From Octopus sinensis (taxonomy: Eukaryota): 64,000 bases of DNA. The notes beneath the pieces are model-generated. The model saw only the letters and a program-made list of their open reading frames with translations. It searched no databases and was not told the origin of the DNA. Made by a program: the position numbers and the translations under genes. Location: assembly GCF_006345805.1 (NCBI RefSeq), contig NC_043017.1:12834001-12898000 (forward strand), written 5' to 3'. Of this stretch, positions 1 to 12,528 are shown piece by piece (positions within the stretch are counted from its first letter, which is position 1; the number at the start of each line of letters is the position of its first letter).

Positions 1-979
1 TGCATGTATATAGGCATGCAAACAGGCATAGACATATATACATATGCATGCATTGACATGTTTTATGCAAGTATGCGTGCGTGCATGTACATATTAATGT
101 GCACGTAAGCATGCATGCATGCATAGATGTATGCATGTATCTGTGCATGCATGTATCTATTGTGTATAAGCATACATGCATGCATATATGTATGCATTTA
201 TCTGTGCATGCATGTATCTGTGCATGCATGTATCTATTGTGTATAAGCATACATGCATGCATGCATGCATATATGTATGCTTGCATACATACATGTATGT
301 GTGTATGTGTGCAGGCGCGCACGTTTGCACGTATCGTTTTGAAATAACAGATTGTTGCGTTTTTGTGCATCCATACATTACTATCTCACTCGCGCTGCGA
401 ATTTCAGCAGTTTAGGAAGTCGAAAGAGATGACGTCTTCACAATGAGATCCCGAATACGCTTCACCTTACTGGCTGCTACTTTCACTTAGCTTATTCTCT
501 CTCTCTCTCTCCGGAGCCATAAATCGCCAGTCATGGCATTATAACCGAATTTTAACACTACTCCGCTGAACATATTTAACACCTGTAACGAAAAAATTTT
601 CTTCGTTTAACCATTTTTCTCTCGTCTCCAAGAAAAGTTGAGCTAGGAACTGATAGAACGTCAGCGAAGAATTTCTAAATAGCAGCATCATGTTTTGGAA
701 TCTTTGAACATGTAATATGATATATCATTATGGCGATCCCCTACCATTATCCGAACTAGCTTATAACACGTATTTCTCCACTAATGCCAAACGTTCTTAA
801 GATTCAAAGATGTTGAAGTGTAATGGAAATAATAAAATGGACTGCTGCTTGTGATATTTTTTCCTAAACACTGACCGATATTTGGGGAACGTCTTGTTTT
901 AAATGAGAACACATTTCGTTTTTACCCCTGCCCTGCTTGTCTCATGCTCTCTCTCTCTATCTCTCTCTCTATCTATCTA

Positions 980-1010
<31 letters not shown>

Positions 1011-1025
1011 TTCTCTTTCTCTCTT

Positions 1026-1056
<31 letters not shown>

Positions 1057-1154
1057 TGCACGCTGTCTCCCATACAAACATACACACACACACACAAGCA
1101 CATACGGACTCTTTCACACACACATGCATATACGCTTGCTTTTTCTACCCACTC

Positions 1155-1194
<40 letters not shown>

Positions 1195-2479
1195 ACCAAA
1201 TGCAGTTTGCAAACAAGACGATCCGTGCGTGTGTGTGTGTTTGCGTGCCCGTGCGGGTGTATGTAAGCATGTGTGTATAAATAACCTGATTTTAAATAGA
1301 GAGAAGGAAGAAGAAAGAAAACAACGACCACACACGACTATATAAATATATATGTGTATATCATTATATATATATATATAAAGATATATGCTCTAAATTT
1401 TATATCATTTTATGTGTACAAAATGAGATCCACAATCATGGACACCTTAGACACAACTCTAGCATATACATCCGTTTATACGTTTATAGGAGTACCATTC
1501 ATTTCCACAGAGAGAAAGTGAGAGAGAGAGAGACAGAGGGAAGGAGAGAGACAGACAGAGGCAGAGGCAGACTGATAGACAAACTGTTGGCAGATAAAGA
1601 GATGTCTGTTATATTGCTAAGATTTAACTGATGGAAGCAGTTTCTTTCGTTTAGCCACCAGCAGAATGCCAGCCATTCCTGTAGAATAAGAAGAGGAAGC
1701 ACCATTTCAGCTATATTACAACTTCTCTTTCACTGTAAGATGGATTCAGGTGCTGGGTGGTGGTGACGGAAGTGGTGGTGCGGGTAGAAATGGTAAAGAG
1801 TCTTGCTGCTATTAGAGTTGATGTCCCATTACATTCTGAGTTCGAATCCCGAACGGAGACCACATTGTCTTTCTATACATCTATGGGTTTGATAAAATAA
1901 TTAACACAGGACTGGACCTTGCTTCCTAACCACATGCTTCCAGGTTCAGTACCACAGCGTTGTACCTCAGGCGAGTGTTCTACTACAGCTTCATGCCTAC
2001 CAAAACCTTGTGAGTGGATTTGGTAGACAGAAACTATACAGAAGTCTGTCGTATATATATATATATATTAGAAGGTTTGGAGATGATGTACAGATATTTT
2101 ATATTAGAAGAAATGAGGTACTCAGAAATTCGGATGGTTTTATATTTACAGATATTTATTTGTATATTACATGTTTTTATACATCATATATCATATATTA
2201 GCGCTTTCGTCCATTCCAGTGGAGTTATATATATATATTAGGTTGAGTAAAAAGTAAGCAACATTTTGAACCAAGAAGAATTTGTACCGGATTTTTGCAG
2301 AGTTCTGAATTTTTTTGAACTTTTTTTTTTTAATTGTCTGATAATACAAACATAGACTTGCTCAAATGCATCAATAAATTAACATTGATATTTTTTTTTC
2401 CCTGTTGCTAGAATCATTTGTTTGTACGAAAAGTTAGTCAAAGTTGTATTTGTTGTGTCTTAAGACACTTGTTTTTGCT

Positions 2480-3165
2480 GCCTTACGGCAGTTTTGTTAA
2501 CTTAGTTCCCCCTGTTTAAAGTGGGGAAACGCTATTAAAATGGAGATAACTAACTACTCAGACCTGTCGTCATCTGAGGAGGAGCTGGTGAGATGTCGAG
2601 ACGAAAAGGAGAGGTTTTGTAGAGGCGGTAAAGTGAGCAGTCTGAAAATGTGTGTTTGGAGGGAAATGAAAGATTCCAAGAAATAATGAAAAGAGAGGGG
2701 AACAATGTCAAGGCATCCGCCCCCACACACCCAGGGAAACTACCGAAAGGACAGCCAAGAGAACATTGTTATATAGAACATACAACGTAGGACTGCATCG
2801 GATAGAGGTGACTACGAGAGCTGAAGTGGAAAGGGCTCTGCAGCCCATCTGGAAGGAGGTAGATTACCTAGCTAGAGGGAGAAAGTTCACAACAATGGCG
2901 GTGCGGTTTGTGTCCGAGGCTGTGGAAAGGCAGCATGCCGTTACTCCCCTCAAGACGGAAGAGGTGGTCCTTCTATCCATTTACCTGGGAAGACGAGCTT
3001 CTCAGGTAAGGGTAGATGAGACCTCTCCTGATGTGGATGTTGCCTGGCTGGTAGCCGCCATCCTACTTGGTATGGAGAACCAGATTGTGGTCCTCCAGGC
3101 AAAAAGAGTGCTGACAAGAAATTGGCAGGACACAGAATGAGACATTTGGGCACAGTTTGTTTGAA
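2480..3165 (+). mobile_element. Probable degenerate LINE 5' region / ORF1 fragment
   Basis: Complex, relatively GC-rich, coding-like stretch with in-frame stops and no obvious splice structure. Family not recognised with certainty. Confidence 0.4.
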
Positions 3166-3275
3166 CTTTGATTACTTGGCATGGTGGTGGTGGTGGTGTA
3201 ATCAAAATCAAAAACAAACAATGTGCATATGCAAAATTAAAAGTGTTAAATGGTGAGAATGTATCCACCACATCC

Positions 3276-3306
<31 letters not shown>

Positions 3307-4352
3307 CTATCTAGCTATCTATATATATACAAGCAAAACGCTCTGTCCAATGGATGGCGCTGAGTTGTCAAACGTTTAAACCAAATTTTCTCAAAACAAC
3401 TTGTCCAACCGTCCCATAGGCCACCCCTTTGAGAAACACTGATTTAACCTAAATTTGAGACACCAGCAAAAGAAGAAATAAAGATAGACTTTTTTCCTGT
3501 TCCAAAGAATAACGATTTCCCACGGCTTTATCGATCGCATTCTCACCTGAAATTGATTTTTGTAATTTTTTCAAGAATTAAACATGCCCTGATACCGTCG
3601 GTATTTACATATCAAATTTGAGCACAATCGGATGGAGGATGCCCGAGATCCTAGAAGCCACACACACACACAGACAGAATGGGCCAGTCTCGTGTCTGGC
3701 ACCTGTGTCGGTGGCATATAAAAAAAAAAAAACACCATCCGAGCGTGGCCCTTCGCCAGCCTCGTCTGGCACCTGTGTCGGTGGCACATAAAAAGCACCC
3801 ACTACACTCACGGAGTGCTTGGCTTTATGAAGAGCATCCAGCTGTAGAAACACTGCCAGATCTGACTGGCCTGGTGCAGCCTTCGGGCTTCCCAGACCCC
3901 AGTTGAACCGTCCAACCCATGCTAGCATGGAAAGCGGACGTTAAACGATGATTATGATGATGATGATGGTATATATACATACACACACTTCCATTGTTAT
4001 ACATGGGGATGGCCTTGTGTTTTTTTTTTCCATTTAAACACAAAACACTATTTAAAAATAGAATAAGCAGGACAAGAGGAGGCACATGGGTCAGAGTCAC
4101 AGATGAGGTCACAGAATATATGACAGAAGAACTTGGACAAACAAATAATACAACTTTTGACAACTAAAAATAATACAACTAAAAACCCAAATGAAGATCA
4201 ATTAAATAGTCTGTGTGTTTAATTGGCAAAAAAATAATGACCGTCCCCAAATATAACAATATCTGTTTTAACATACAGTTTGACATCAAGAATCTTGCAA
4301 AACAAATATAGAAATCTCTCTATCTCTCTATCTCTCTTTAACTCTCTCTCTT

Positions 4353-4413
<61 letters not shown>

Positions 4414-4603
4414 TAAGCAATAAGGGTTAGCAACGAGTTGCCTTACCACATACCGAATTTAGAAATATGTGGTAAGGCAACTCGTTGCTAACCCTTATTG
4501 CTTAGTATTACTTAAATTTTCCTCGAATGAGGCTTTTACATGCCGAAGACTACTTGGTGTAATTGATAATTTTTCCAAATAATTAATTTCACCCTTCATT
4601 ATT

Positions 4604-4634
<31 letters not shown>

Positions 4635-4652
4635 GATATATATATATATATA

Positions 4653-4860
4653 AAGTTAATCCAAACAAGAAAACAAAAACAAAAAAACAACAACGCAAGG
4701 ACGTGGAACAAATAAAGTATTATTGGACGCTCAGGAAAGAAGGGAAGAAGGAGGGTTTGACGTTTCGAGCGGAGCTCTTCGTCGGAAACATAGCAGAAGG
4801 AAAGATCCCGAGAAGGGAAGACAGGGGAAAAAATCGCTAGTGATACAGACGAGGTCACAT
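4653..4860 (-). mobile_element. ~200-bp dispersed Penelope pLTR-like repeat (family A) with a variant HHR motif at 4755-4789
   Basis: Minus strand GUUU-CCGACGA-A-GAGC(UCC)GCUC-GAAAC-GUC-AAAC. Homologous copies at 7986-8192, 51421-51622 and 29408-29790, all next to (TA)n. Confidence 0.65.
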
Positions 4861-5738
4861 ATATATATATGTGTGTGTGTGTGTATGTATATATATAGGT
4901 GCAGGTATAGTTGTGTAACAAGAAGCTTGCTTCCCAACCACATGGTTCCAGGTTCAGTCCCACTGCATGGCACCTTGGGCAAGTCTCTTCTACTATAGCC
5001 TCGGGCCAACCAAAGCCTTGTGAATGGATTTGGTAGACAGAAACTGAAAGAAGCCCATGATATATATATATATATGTATGTATGTATGCATGTATATATA
5101 TTCATATATATATATATATATCTGGTGTGTGTGCGTGTGTCTTTGTGTTTGTTCCCACATCAGCACTTGACAACTGGTGTTGGTGCATTTACATCTCTAT
5201 AACTTAGCAGTTCAGCAAAGGAGACTGATAGAATTAAGTACTGGCCTCAAAAATTAAAAAATGTCCCAGGGTCGATTTGTTTGACTAAAACTCTTCAATG
5301 CAGTGTTCCAGAATGGCCACAGTCAAATGACTGAGACAACTAAAAAAAGATCACACACACACACACACACACACACACCACACATACTTATTAATATTTA
5401 TTAATAATATTATTACAAAGTGACTCATGTTTTGATGTCTGTCTCTATTTGCATCACCAAAATTTTATATATACGGAATATACGAAAGATTTTTTTGCTA
5501 GGTACTCCCTAGAGAATGCATTTGTTGCCATGATTAAGCTAATTTTATTTCATGTGACTGTATAAAATAGAATTGGTATATATATGTAATCTTCATTATT
5601 TAGAGTCACATGAAATGAAAGTTTGCTTTATAATCACAGGAAAGCTTATATTCAATGTAACGCAAATATGCACACTTCTCTCGTCACAATATCACTAAAT
5701 GAAGAGGTAGATTTTATCAGCTGACATCTCAGCTATAT

Positions 5739-5969
5739 TTAACCCTTTTGATACCAACCCGCCTGAAACCGCCTCTGGCTCTGTAGTACATATGTCTTAT
5801 TTTCAAAAGTTCTGAATTAAAATCTTTCACCAAACCTTAGTCACAATTTATGTTCCTAACACTAGCTGAATGATAACTCAGTTATTTTTTCTAAATTCTT
5901 TGTTATATTTAAAATTAATTGAAAGAAACACAGAGCATCTCAACAGAAATATGGTAACAAAAGGGTTAA
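5739..5969. mobile_element. piggyBac-like MITE (TTAA-CCCTTT...AAAGGG-TTAA)
   Basis: TTAA target duplication and CCCTTT termini. Homologous copies at 9496-9714 and 11325-11915. Confidence 0.8.
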
Positions 5970-6678
5970 TTTGTTATAGAGCTGTACTAGTTAATCATAG
6001 GATACTCTTTTACTCTTTTACTTGTTTCAGTCATTTAACTGCGGCCATGCTGGAGCACCGCCTTTAGTCGAGCAAGTTGACCCCGGGACTTATTCTTTGT
6101 AAGCCCAGTACTTATTCTATCGGTCTCTTTTGCCAAACCGTTAAGTGACGGGGACGTAAACACACCAGCATCGGTTGTCAAGCAATGCTAGGGGGACAAA
6201 CACAGACACACAAACATATACACATACACACATATATATACACATATATACGACAGGCTTCTTTCAGTTTCCGTCTACCAAATCTACTCACAAGGCATTG
6301 GTCGGCCCGGGGCTATAGCAGAAGACACTTGCCCAAGATGCCACACAGTGGGACTGAACCCGGAACCATGTGGCTGGTAAGCAAGCTACTTACCACACAG
6401 CCACTCCTGTGCCTATACATAATATTGTTATATTTAGTTTAAATATTGGATCTGAAAGACAACAGGAATTATGCCTGTGCCACACTGAAACTAAAACAGT
6501 TTATTGTATTATCCCTGAAATTTAAGCATTAAGTTGGTGTTTTTAAAATGAATCATTTACGTTTTACTCACATGTGTGGTACCCCGTGGATGGCTGTTAA
6601 CTGAAGGGAAACATCTCTTCACATTGGAAGACAAGATCAGAAATTTAAATTTGAAATCAAGGAATATGAAAAGGATAT

Positions 6679-7095
6679 AGGCGCAGGAGTGGCTGTGTGG
6701 TAAGTAGCTTGTTTACCAACCACATGGTTCTGGGTTCAGTCCCACTGCATGACACCTTGGGCAAGTGTCTTCTACTATAGCCTCGGGCCGACCAAAGCTT
6801 TGTGAGTGGATTTGGTAGACGGAAACTGAAAAGAAGCCCGTCGTATATATGTATATATATATATATATGCATGTGTGTGTTTGTGTGTCTGTGTTTGTCC
6901 CCCTAGCACCCCTAGCACTGCTTGACAACCGGTGCTGGTGTGTTTATGTCCCCATTACTTAGCGGTTCGGCAAAAGAGACCGATAGAATAAGTACTGGGC
7001 TTACAAAGAATAAGTCCCGGGGTCGATTTGCTCGACTAAAGGCGGTGCTCCAGCATGGCCGCAGTCAAATGACTGAAACAAGTAAAAGAGAAAGA
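6679..7095 (+). mobile_element. tRNA-derived SINE family 1 (resembles the octopus OK-type SINE), representative full copy
   Basis: Head GGCGCAGGAGTGGCTGTGTGG...GGTTCAGTCC (A/B boxes), central (TA)n/(TG)n, tail (GTAAAAGA)n. More than 20 copies, e.g. 4897+, 6005-6414-, 10280-, 13945-, 14490-, 18640-, 19191+, 31167+, 32198-, 33427-, 43640-, 47662+, 54192+, 55460+. Confidence 0.9.
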
Positions 7096-7514
7096 GAAAG
7101 AAAGAGATATAAAGGATATATGAAAAGGATATAAAAACATTCCACCTTGATTACCTCCATAATTTCTTCTAAAATATGAATAGACTTGTAGTTCGTCTAC
7201 AAGAAACTTCTTTGGCTCTGCCCCTTCTTTTATATCTTAACTCCTCATTTCCTTGCATCAGCAGAGGAACATGGCTTAGTGGTTAGTGTATTGGACTCGC
7301 GATCGTAAAACTATGGTTTTGCATTTTGGCCTAGGTGATGTGTTGTGTTCTGGAGCAAAACACCTCATTTTATGTTGCTCCAGTTCACTCAGCTAGCAAA
7401 AACGAATAACCCTGTGATAGATTGGCATCCCATCAAAATGCAGAATATATCCGCCAAAGAGGGTATGATCTCACTTAACTTTCTTCTGTTCCTCCAAATG
7501 AAAAAAAATCTTTA

Positions 7515-7748
7515 AAGGAAAATGCTTTGCAGATGTGGAGGAGGAGGTGAAGAGAAAAACGACAGGGGCATTAAAGGGCATCTCTTCACAAGAGTTCCAG
7601 GACTGCTTTGAACAGTGGAAAACACGTTTGGACCATTGCATTGCTTCAAATGGAGAACACTTTGAAGGGCGATAAAAGTGTAAACATCAAATACTAGGGG
7701 AATAAAATAATATTGCAAAATTCCGGTTTCTTTTGGGTACACCCTCAT
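7515..7748 (+). mobile_element. Mariner 3' remnant
   Basis: FQDCFEQWKTRLDHCIASNGEHFEGDK followed by TIR-like TTCCGGTTTCTTTTGGGTACACCCTC. Confidence 0.75.
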
Positions 7749-7751
7749 GTG

Positions 7752-7809
<58 letters not shown>

Positions 7810-7898
7810 TATAATATATATATATATATATATAATATATATATATATACATATATATACATATATATATATATATATACATATATACATATATATTA

Positions 7899-7966
<68 letters not shown>

Positions 7967-7985
7967 CATATATATGCATATATGT

Positions 7986-8192
7986 ATGTGACCGCGTATG
8001 TACCGTTGGCGATTTTTTTTCCTCCGTCTTCCCCTCTCTGGATCTTTCCTTCTCCTATGTTTCCGACAAAGAGCTCCGCTGGAAACGTAAACCCTCCTTC
8101 TTTCCTGCTTTCCTGAGCGTCCAATAATACTATATTTGTTCCAACGTCCTCGCGTTGTTGGTTTTTTTGTGTGCTTTCTTGTTTGGATTAAC
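7986..8192 (+). mobile_element. Family A Penelope pLTR-like copy (degenerate HHR-like motif at 8059-8092)
   Basis: Reverse-complement homologue of 4653-4860, embedded in (TA)n. Confidence 0.65.
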
Positions 8193-8217
8193 TATATATA
8201 TATATATATATATATGC

Positions 8218-8248
<31 letters not shown>

Positions 8249-8739
8249 GCATATATATATATGCATATATATAATATATATATACACACACATATACACA
8301 TGTATATGTGTGTGTATGCATGCATGCACATAGGTATATGTGTATGCATGTGTGAGTGATTACACTTAGAGTAACTGTGTATAAAACATCTGCACAGAAT
8401 GTGAGAGGATGTGGAACAATGTCAGCTCCATTATTGCAGTGACTGATACTCAGGTCCACGTTTGCTTTCTCATCAGAATACACGTATTAATTCTTAGGCA
8501 CACACACCACCCTCTCACCTTCTCTCTTACACCAACTGGCTCTCTCCTCTCTCTCATTCTCCCTTTCCTACTCTCTCTCTCTCTCTCTCTCTATCTCTTT
8601 CACTTTAGACACAGTTACTCACAGACTAGTCATATAAGTATTTGCTCTTATACAACCTTATACAAATAAATACATGTGTGCATATGGTATGTATGTATAT
8701 ATATATATATGGGTCATTTTTCATAGCGTTTTTCCGATG

Positions 8740-8809
8740 GCCGGATAACTGAAGAGATGGTAGCGTGGATTTCCACCTTGGAATCCGAAACTCGGAGTTT
8801 TATCTTGGC
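8740..8809 (+). ncRNA. Hammerhead-like motif with an extended stem II (third family)
   Basis: GCCGGAUAA-CUGAAGA...GAAA-CUC-G-GAG-UU^UUAUCUUGGC. Stem I GAUAA/UUAUC extends to GCC/GGC. Stem II pairing is ambiguous. The insert (about 8711-8840) sits in (TA)n. Confidence 0.55.
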
Positions 8810-8893
8810 TACAGAATAATTGTCACATATTACATTTACAGATATATATACATATATATATATATACACACATATAATATATATATATAATAT

Positions 8894-8925
<32 letters not shown>

Positions 8926-9269
8926 AATATATATATGTATATATATATATATATGTATAATATATATATATATATATAAATATATATATATGTATATAGA
9001 TATATATACACATATATACATATACATATATATATTCTTTTATTTGTTTCTGTCATTTGACTGCAGCCATGCTGGAGCACCGCCTTTTGTCAAACAAATC
9101 TCCCACCACCACCAGGACTTATTCTTTGTAAGCCTAGTACTTTATTGTATTGGTCTCTTTTGCTGAACCACTAAGTTACCGGGACGTAGACATGCCACCA
9201 TCAGTTGTCAAGCAATGGTGGGGGACAAACACACACACATTTATACATGTATGTATATGTGCATATTCA

Positions 9270-10240
9270 TATCTATTATATAAATGTCAGTGTCTTTACG
9301 TGTGTTCATGTGTTACTTATGCATTCGAAAATTACTGCACCGATCCTAATGAAATTTGGAATGCAAAATCCAATGCTGTATGTTTCATACAATTTCATGG
9401 ACCAAAATTACTGAATGGATCCTTATATTTGGAACTTAGTTTCAATGCATAAGGGCAAGTATAATGCAGCATGTTTGGTTTCAATTTGAGTTGGCTTAAC
9501 CCTTTCGTTACAGTATTTATTTTGAGATGCTCTGTATTTCTTCCAATTACTTTAAATATAACAAAGAATTTAGTAAAATAACATCGTTATCATTGAGCTA
9601 GTGTTAGGAACATAAATTTTGACTAAAGTTTGGTAGAAGATTTGAATTCAAAACTTATGGAAGCAAGACATTTATACTAAAGAGCCAGAGCCGGGTTGGT
9701 AACAAAAGGGTTAAAGGGGGAAGAACCCCCTCATGAAAATTCATAAATTTCCGATGTTGATGAAATTTCAACCATAGGTAATTGACACACATCAAGAAAT
9801 ATTCCCAAAGTTTCCGCTTCTCATGAGGATTCTAAAACCCCCTAATGGGGGCCTTAACTCCCAAATTTTAGTCATTTTTTATGATCCAAAACTAGCTCAA
9901 AAGTACTGAATGGATCTTTATGAAATTTGGAAATCCCAAATTTTAGTCATTTTTAATGATCCAAAACTAGTTCAAAAGTACTGAATGGATCTTTATGAAA
10001 TTTGGAAATCCCAAATTTTAGTCATTTTTTATGATCCAAAACTAGCTCAAAAGTACTGAATGGATCTTTATAAAATTTGGAAATTATATTCTATGCATAA
10101 GGACAGATATAATGCAGTATATCTTTGAAGTAAGGGGGCATAAATGAGGCCATAACCCCCAATGAAACTCATATATTTTTGCTGTTGATGAAATTTTAAC
10201 CATTAATGAAGTAATATTTCTAAAGTTTCAACTTCTTAAA
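9270..10240 (+). mobile_element. Helitron-like non-autonomous remnant with internal tandem repeats
   Basis: Starts TCTATTATATAAA and has recurring CCGAT...ATGAAATTTGG motifs. No 3' CTAG hairpin identified. Confidence 0.35.
9496..9714. mobile_element. piggyBac-like MITE
   Basis: TTAA TSD and CCCTTT/AAAGGG ends. Inverted homologue of 5739-5969. Confidence 0.8.
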
Positions 10241-10508
10241 AATATCTTTATATACAAACACACACATACAAATATACATATTCTTTTATTCAGTCATGGG
10301 ACTGTGGCCATGCTGGAGCACCACCTTTATCCGAACAAATTGAACCCAGGACCTATTCTTGGTAAATCTAGTACTTATTCTATCAGTTTCTTTTGCCAAA
10401 CTACCAAGTTACGAGGACATACAACACCAGCATCAGTTGGCAAGCAATAGTGAGGGGACAAACACAGTCACACAAATATATACATACATACATACATACA
10501 TACATACA

Positions 10509-10543
<35 letters not shown>

Positions 10544-10815
10544 GATGGGCTTCTTTCAGTTTCTGTCTATCAAATCCACTCACAAGGCCTTGGTTGGTCC
10601 AATGCTATAGTGGGAGACACTTGCCCAAGGTGCCACCCAGTGGGACTGAACCCAGAGCCATGTGATTGGGAAGCAAGCTTTTTACCACACAGCCACACCT
10701 GTGAATATAAAAGCAACATATTACACATCATTTTTAGAAACACACCCAATATTTCAAGCATATATATACACACAAACACAAGCACATATATATATGTGTG
10801 TATACACACACACAC

Positions 10816-10852
<37 letters not shown>

Positions 10853-10861
10853 CATACATAC

Positions 10862-10908
<47 letters not shown>

Positions 10909-10968
10909 AACACACATATACAAGAATAATATATATACATATTTATATATATTTATATGTATAAATTT

Positions 10969-11023
<55 letters not shown>

Positions 11024-11324
11024 CATATATGTATACATACACATATGTGTGTTATATATATCTCCAAATATGTAATGTACATATGTATGCATTGTAGATT
11101 TCATAAATATTCTGAATGTTACATTCATATACATACATATATTATCTGTGTGTGTGTGTGCACGCATGTGGGCGCGCGTCTGCATGCATGTGTGTATGCG
11201 TCATTTATTATATTTTCATATCGACATCTGTTTTAACACATCACTGCAAAAGACAGCAGTGAGTGTTTCATCAAGGTAGGGCAGCGGTTCGAGGTAGCAC
11301 CAGGCTAACAACACTCATCCAAAC

Positions 11325-11405
11325 TTAACCCTTTCATTACCGTATTTCTGTTGAGATGCTCTGTGTTTCTTTCAATTCTTTTAAATATAACAAAGAATTT
11401 AGTAA

Positions 11406-11458
<53 letters not shown>

Positions 11459-11915
11459 TGGAATTATTGTATACAGTGCTCAGGTGCACCACAACTTGTC
11501 AGAAAGTGCGTATAAAGTATATGCAGTAATGTAGAAATGTCTGGAAAGCGAACAATGTATGAGTCAGATACATGCTTGTGTGTGTATGGAGGGGAGAAAA
11601 TCAAGTGTAGTGTTGGCGAATCTCAGGAAGCATGGAAGTTTTGAAGGATGCAGTGCTCCGACAACTAACAACTGATGCCGGCAGTTTGTTCCATGCTTCA
11701 GCAACTCTCAGCGTGAAAAAATGTTTCCTGAAGTCATGGGAGCTGTGCTGTTTTCTTACTTTGTAAATATGTCTTGTAAAATAACTTAGTTACCATTAAG
11801 CTAGTGTTAGGAACATAAATTTGGTGGTAGATTTTAATTCAAAACTTAAGAAAACAAGACATTTGTACTACAGAGCTAGAGGCGGTTTTGGCCGGGTTGG
11901 TAATGAAAGGGTTAA
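11325..11915. mobile_element. piggyBac-like MITE split by a CR1 insertion
   Basis: Both TTAA-flanked ends present and the halves are colinear with 9496-9714. Confidence 0.8.
11411..11775 (-). mobile_element. CR1-type LINE 3' end with an (ATT)n tail, inserted into a piggyBac-like MITE
   Basis: Encodes HDFRKHFFTLRVAEAWNKLP. Flanked by a 9-bp duplication GTAAAATAA (11402 and 11776). Confidence 0.8.
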
Positions 11916-12294
11916 GTTGTTATTTATGATTTTCTTTAACCCTAGATCAGTTTTATTCAGGTTAACCTATGATAAAAGGCTTTCCAGTTTTGACCATTCC
12001 ATCTTTTCTTTGCTTTTCTTTCAGGTATAATTGGTGCAGACACAGCCATGTGTTAAAGAAGTTTTATTATAACTGTTTGGGCCACTGTATAACAACTTAG
12101 ACAAATGGGTTTTACTCCAGCCTCAAGTTAACCAATATCCTGTATGTAAAATTTGATGAATATAAACTATGTGGAAGCCTCTCATATATATATATATAGA
12201 AACACATTTATCATCATCATCATATATATATGGAGCAAGGCTTTTTATTTCATGTTACTCCAGCACATACTATTAAAAATGAACACCAGTGATA

Positions 12295-12528
12295 CCTATT
12301 TCTTTACTACCCACAAGGGGCTAAACACAGAGAGGACAAACAAGGACAGACAGACAGATTAAGTCGATTATATCGACCCCAGTGCATAACTGGTACTTAT
12401 TTAATCGACCCCGAAAGGATGAAAGGCAAAGTCGACCTCGGCGGAATTTGAACTCAGAACGTAACGACGGGCGAAATACTGCAAAGCATTTCGCCCGGCG
12501 TGCTAACGTTTCTCCCAGCTCGCCGCCT
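12295..12528 (-). mobile_element. SINE family 2 with a GTCGACTTTGCCTTTCATCCTTTCGGGGTCGAT (Meta-domain-like) core, representative copy
   Basis: Copies near 21090-21450, 23557-24390, 25810-26020, 33022-33254, 34270, 44770, 46725-47270 and 60410-60830. The domain name is from recall. Confidence 0.8.

Noticed and set aside
81-1345. Cys/His/Met-rich and Ser/Leu-rich ORFs on both strands
   Set aside because: Translations of (TGCA)n, (CT)n and (CA)n microsatellites. The same applies to the YI/HT-repeat ORFs across the window.
6185-6442. Recurrent peptides such as RGYSRRHLPK and EDTCPRCHAVGLNPEP
   Set aside because: Antisense translations of SINE family 1, not a protein family.
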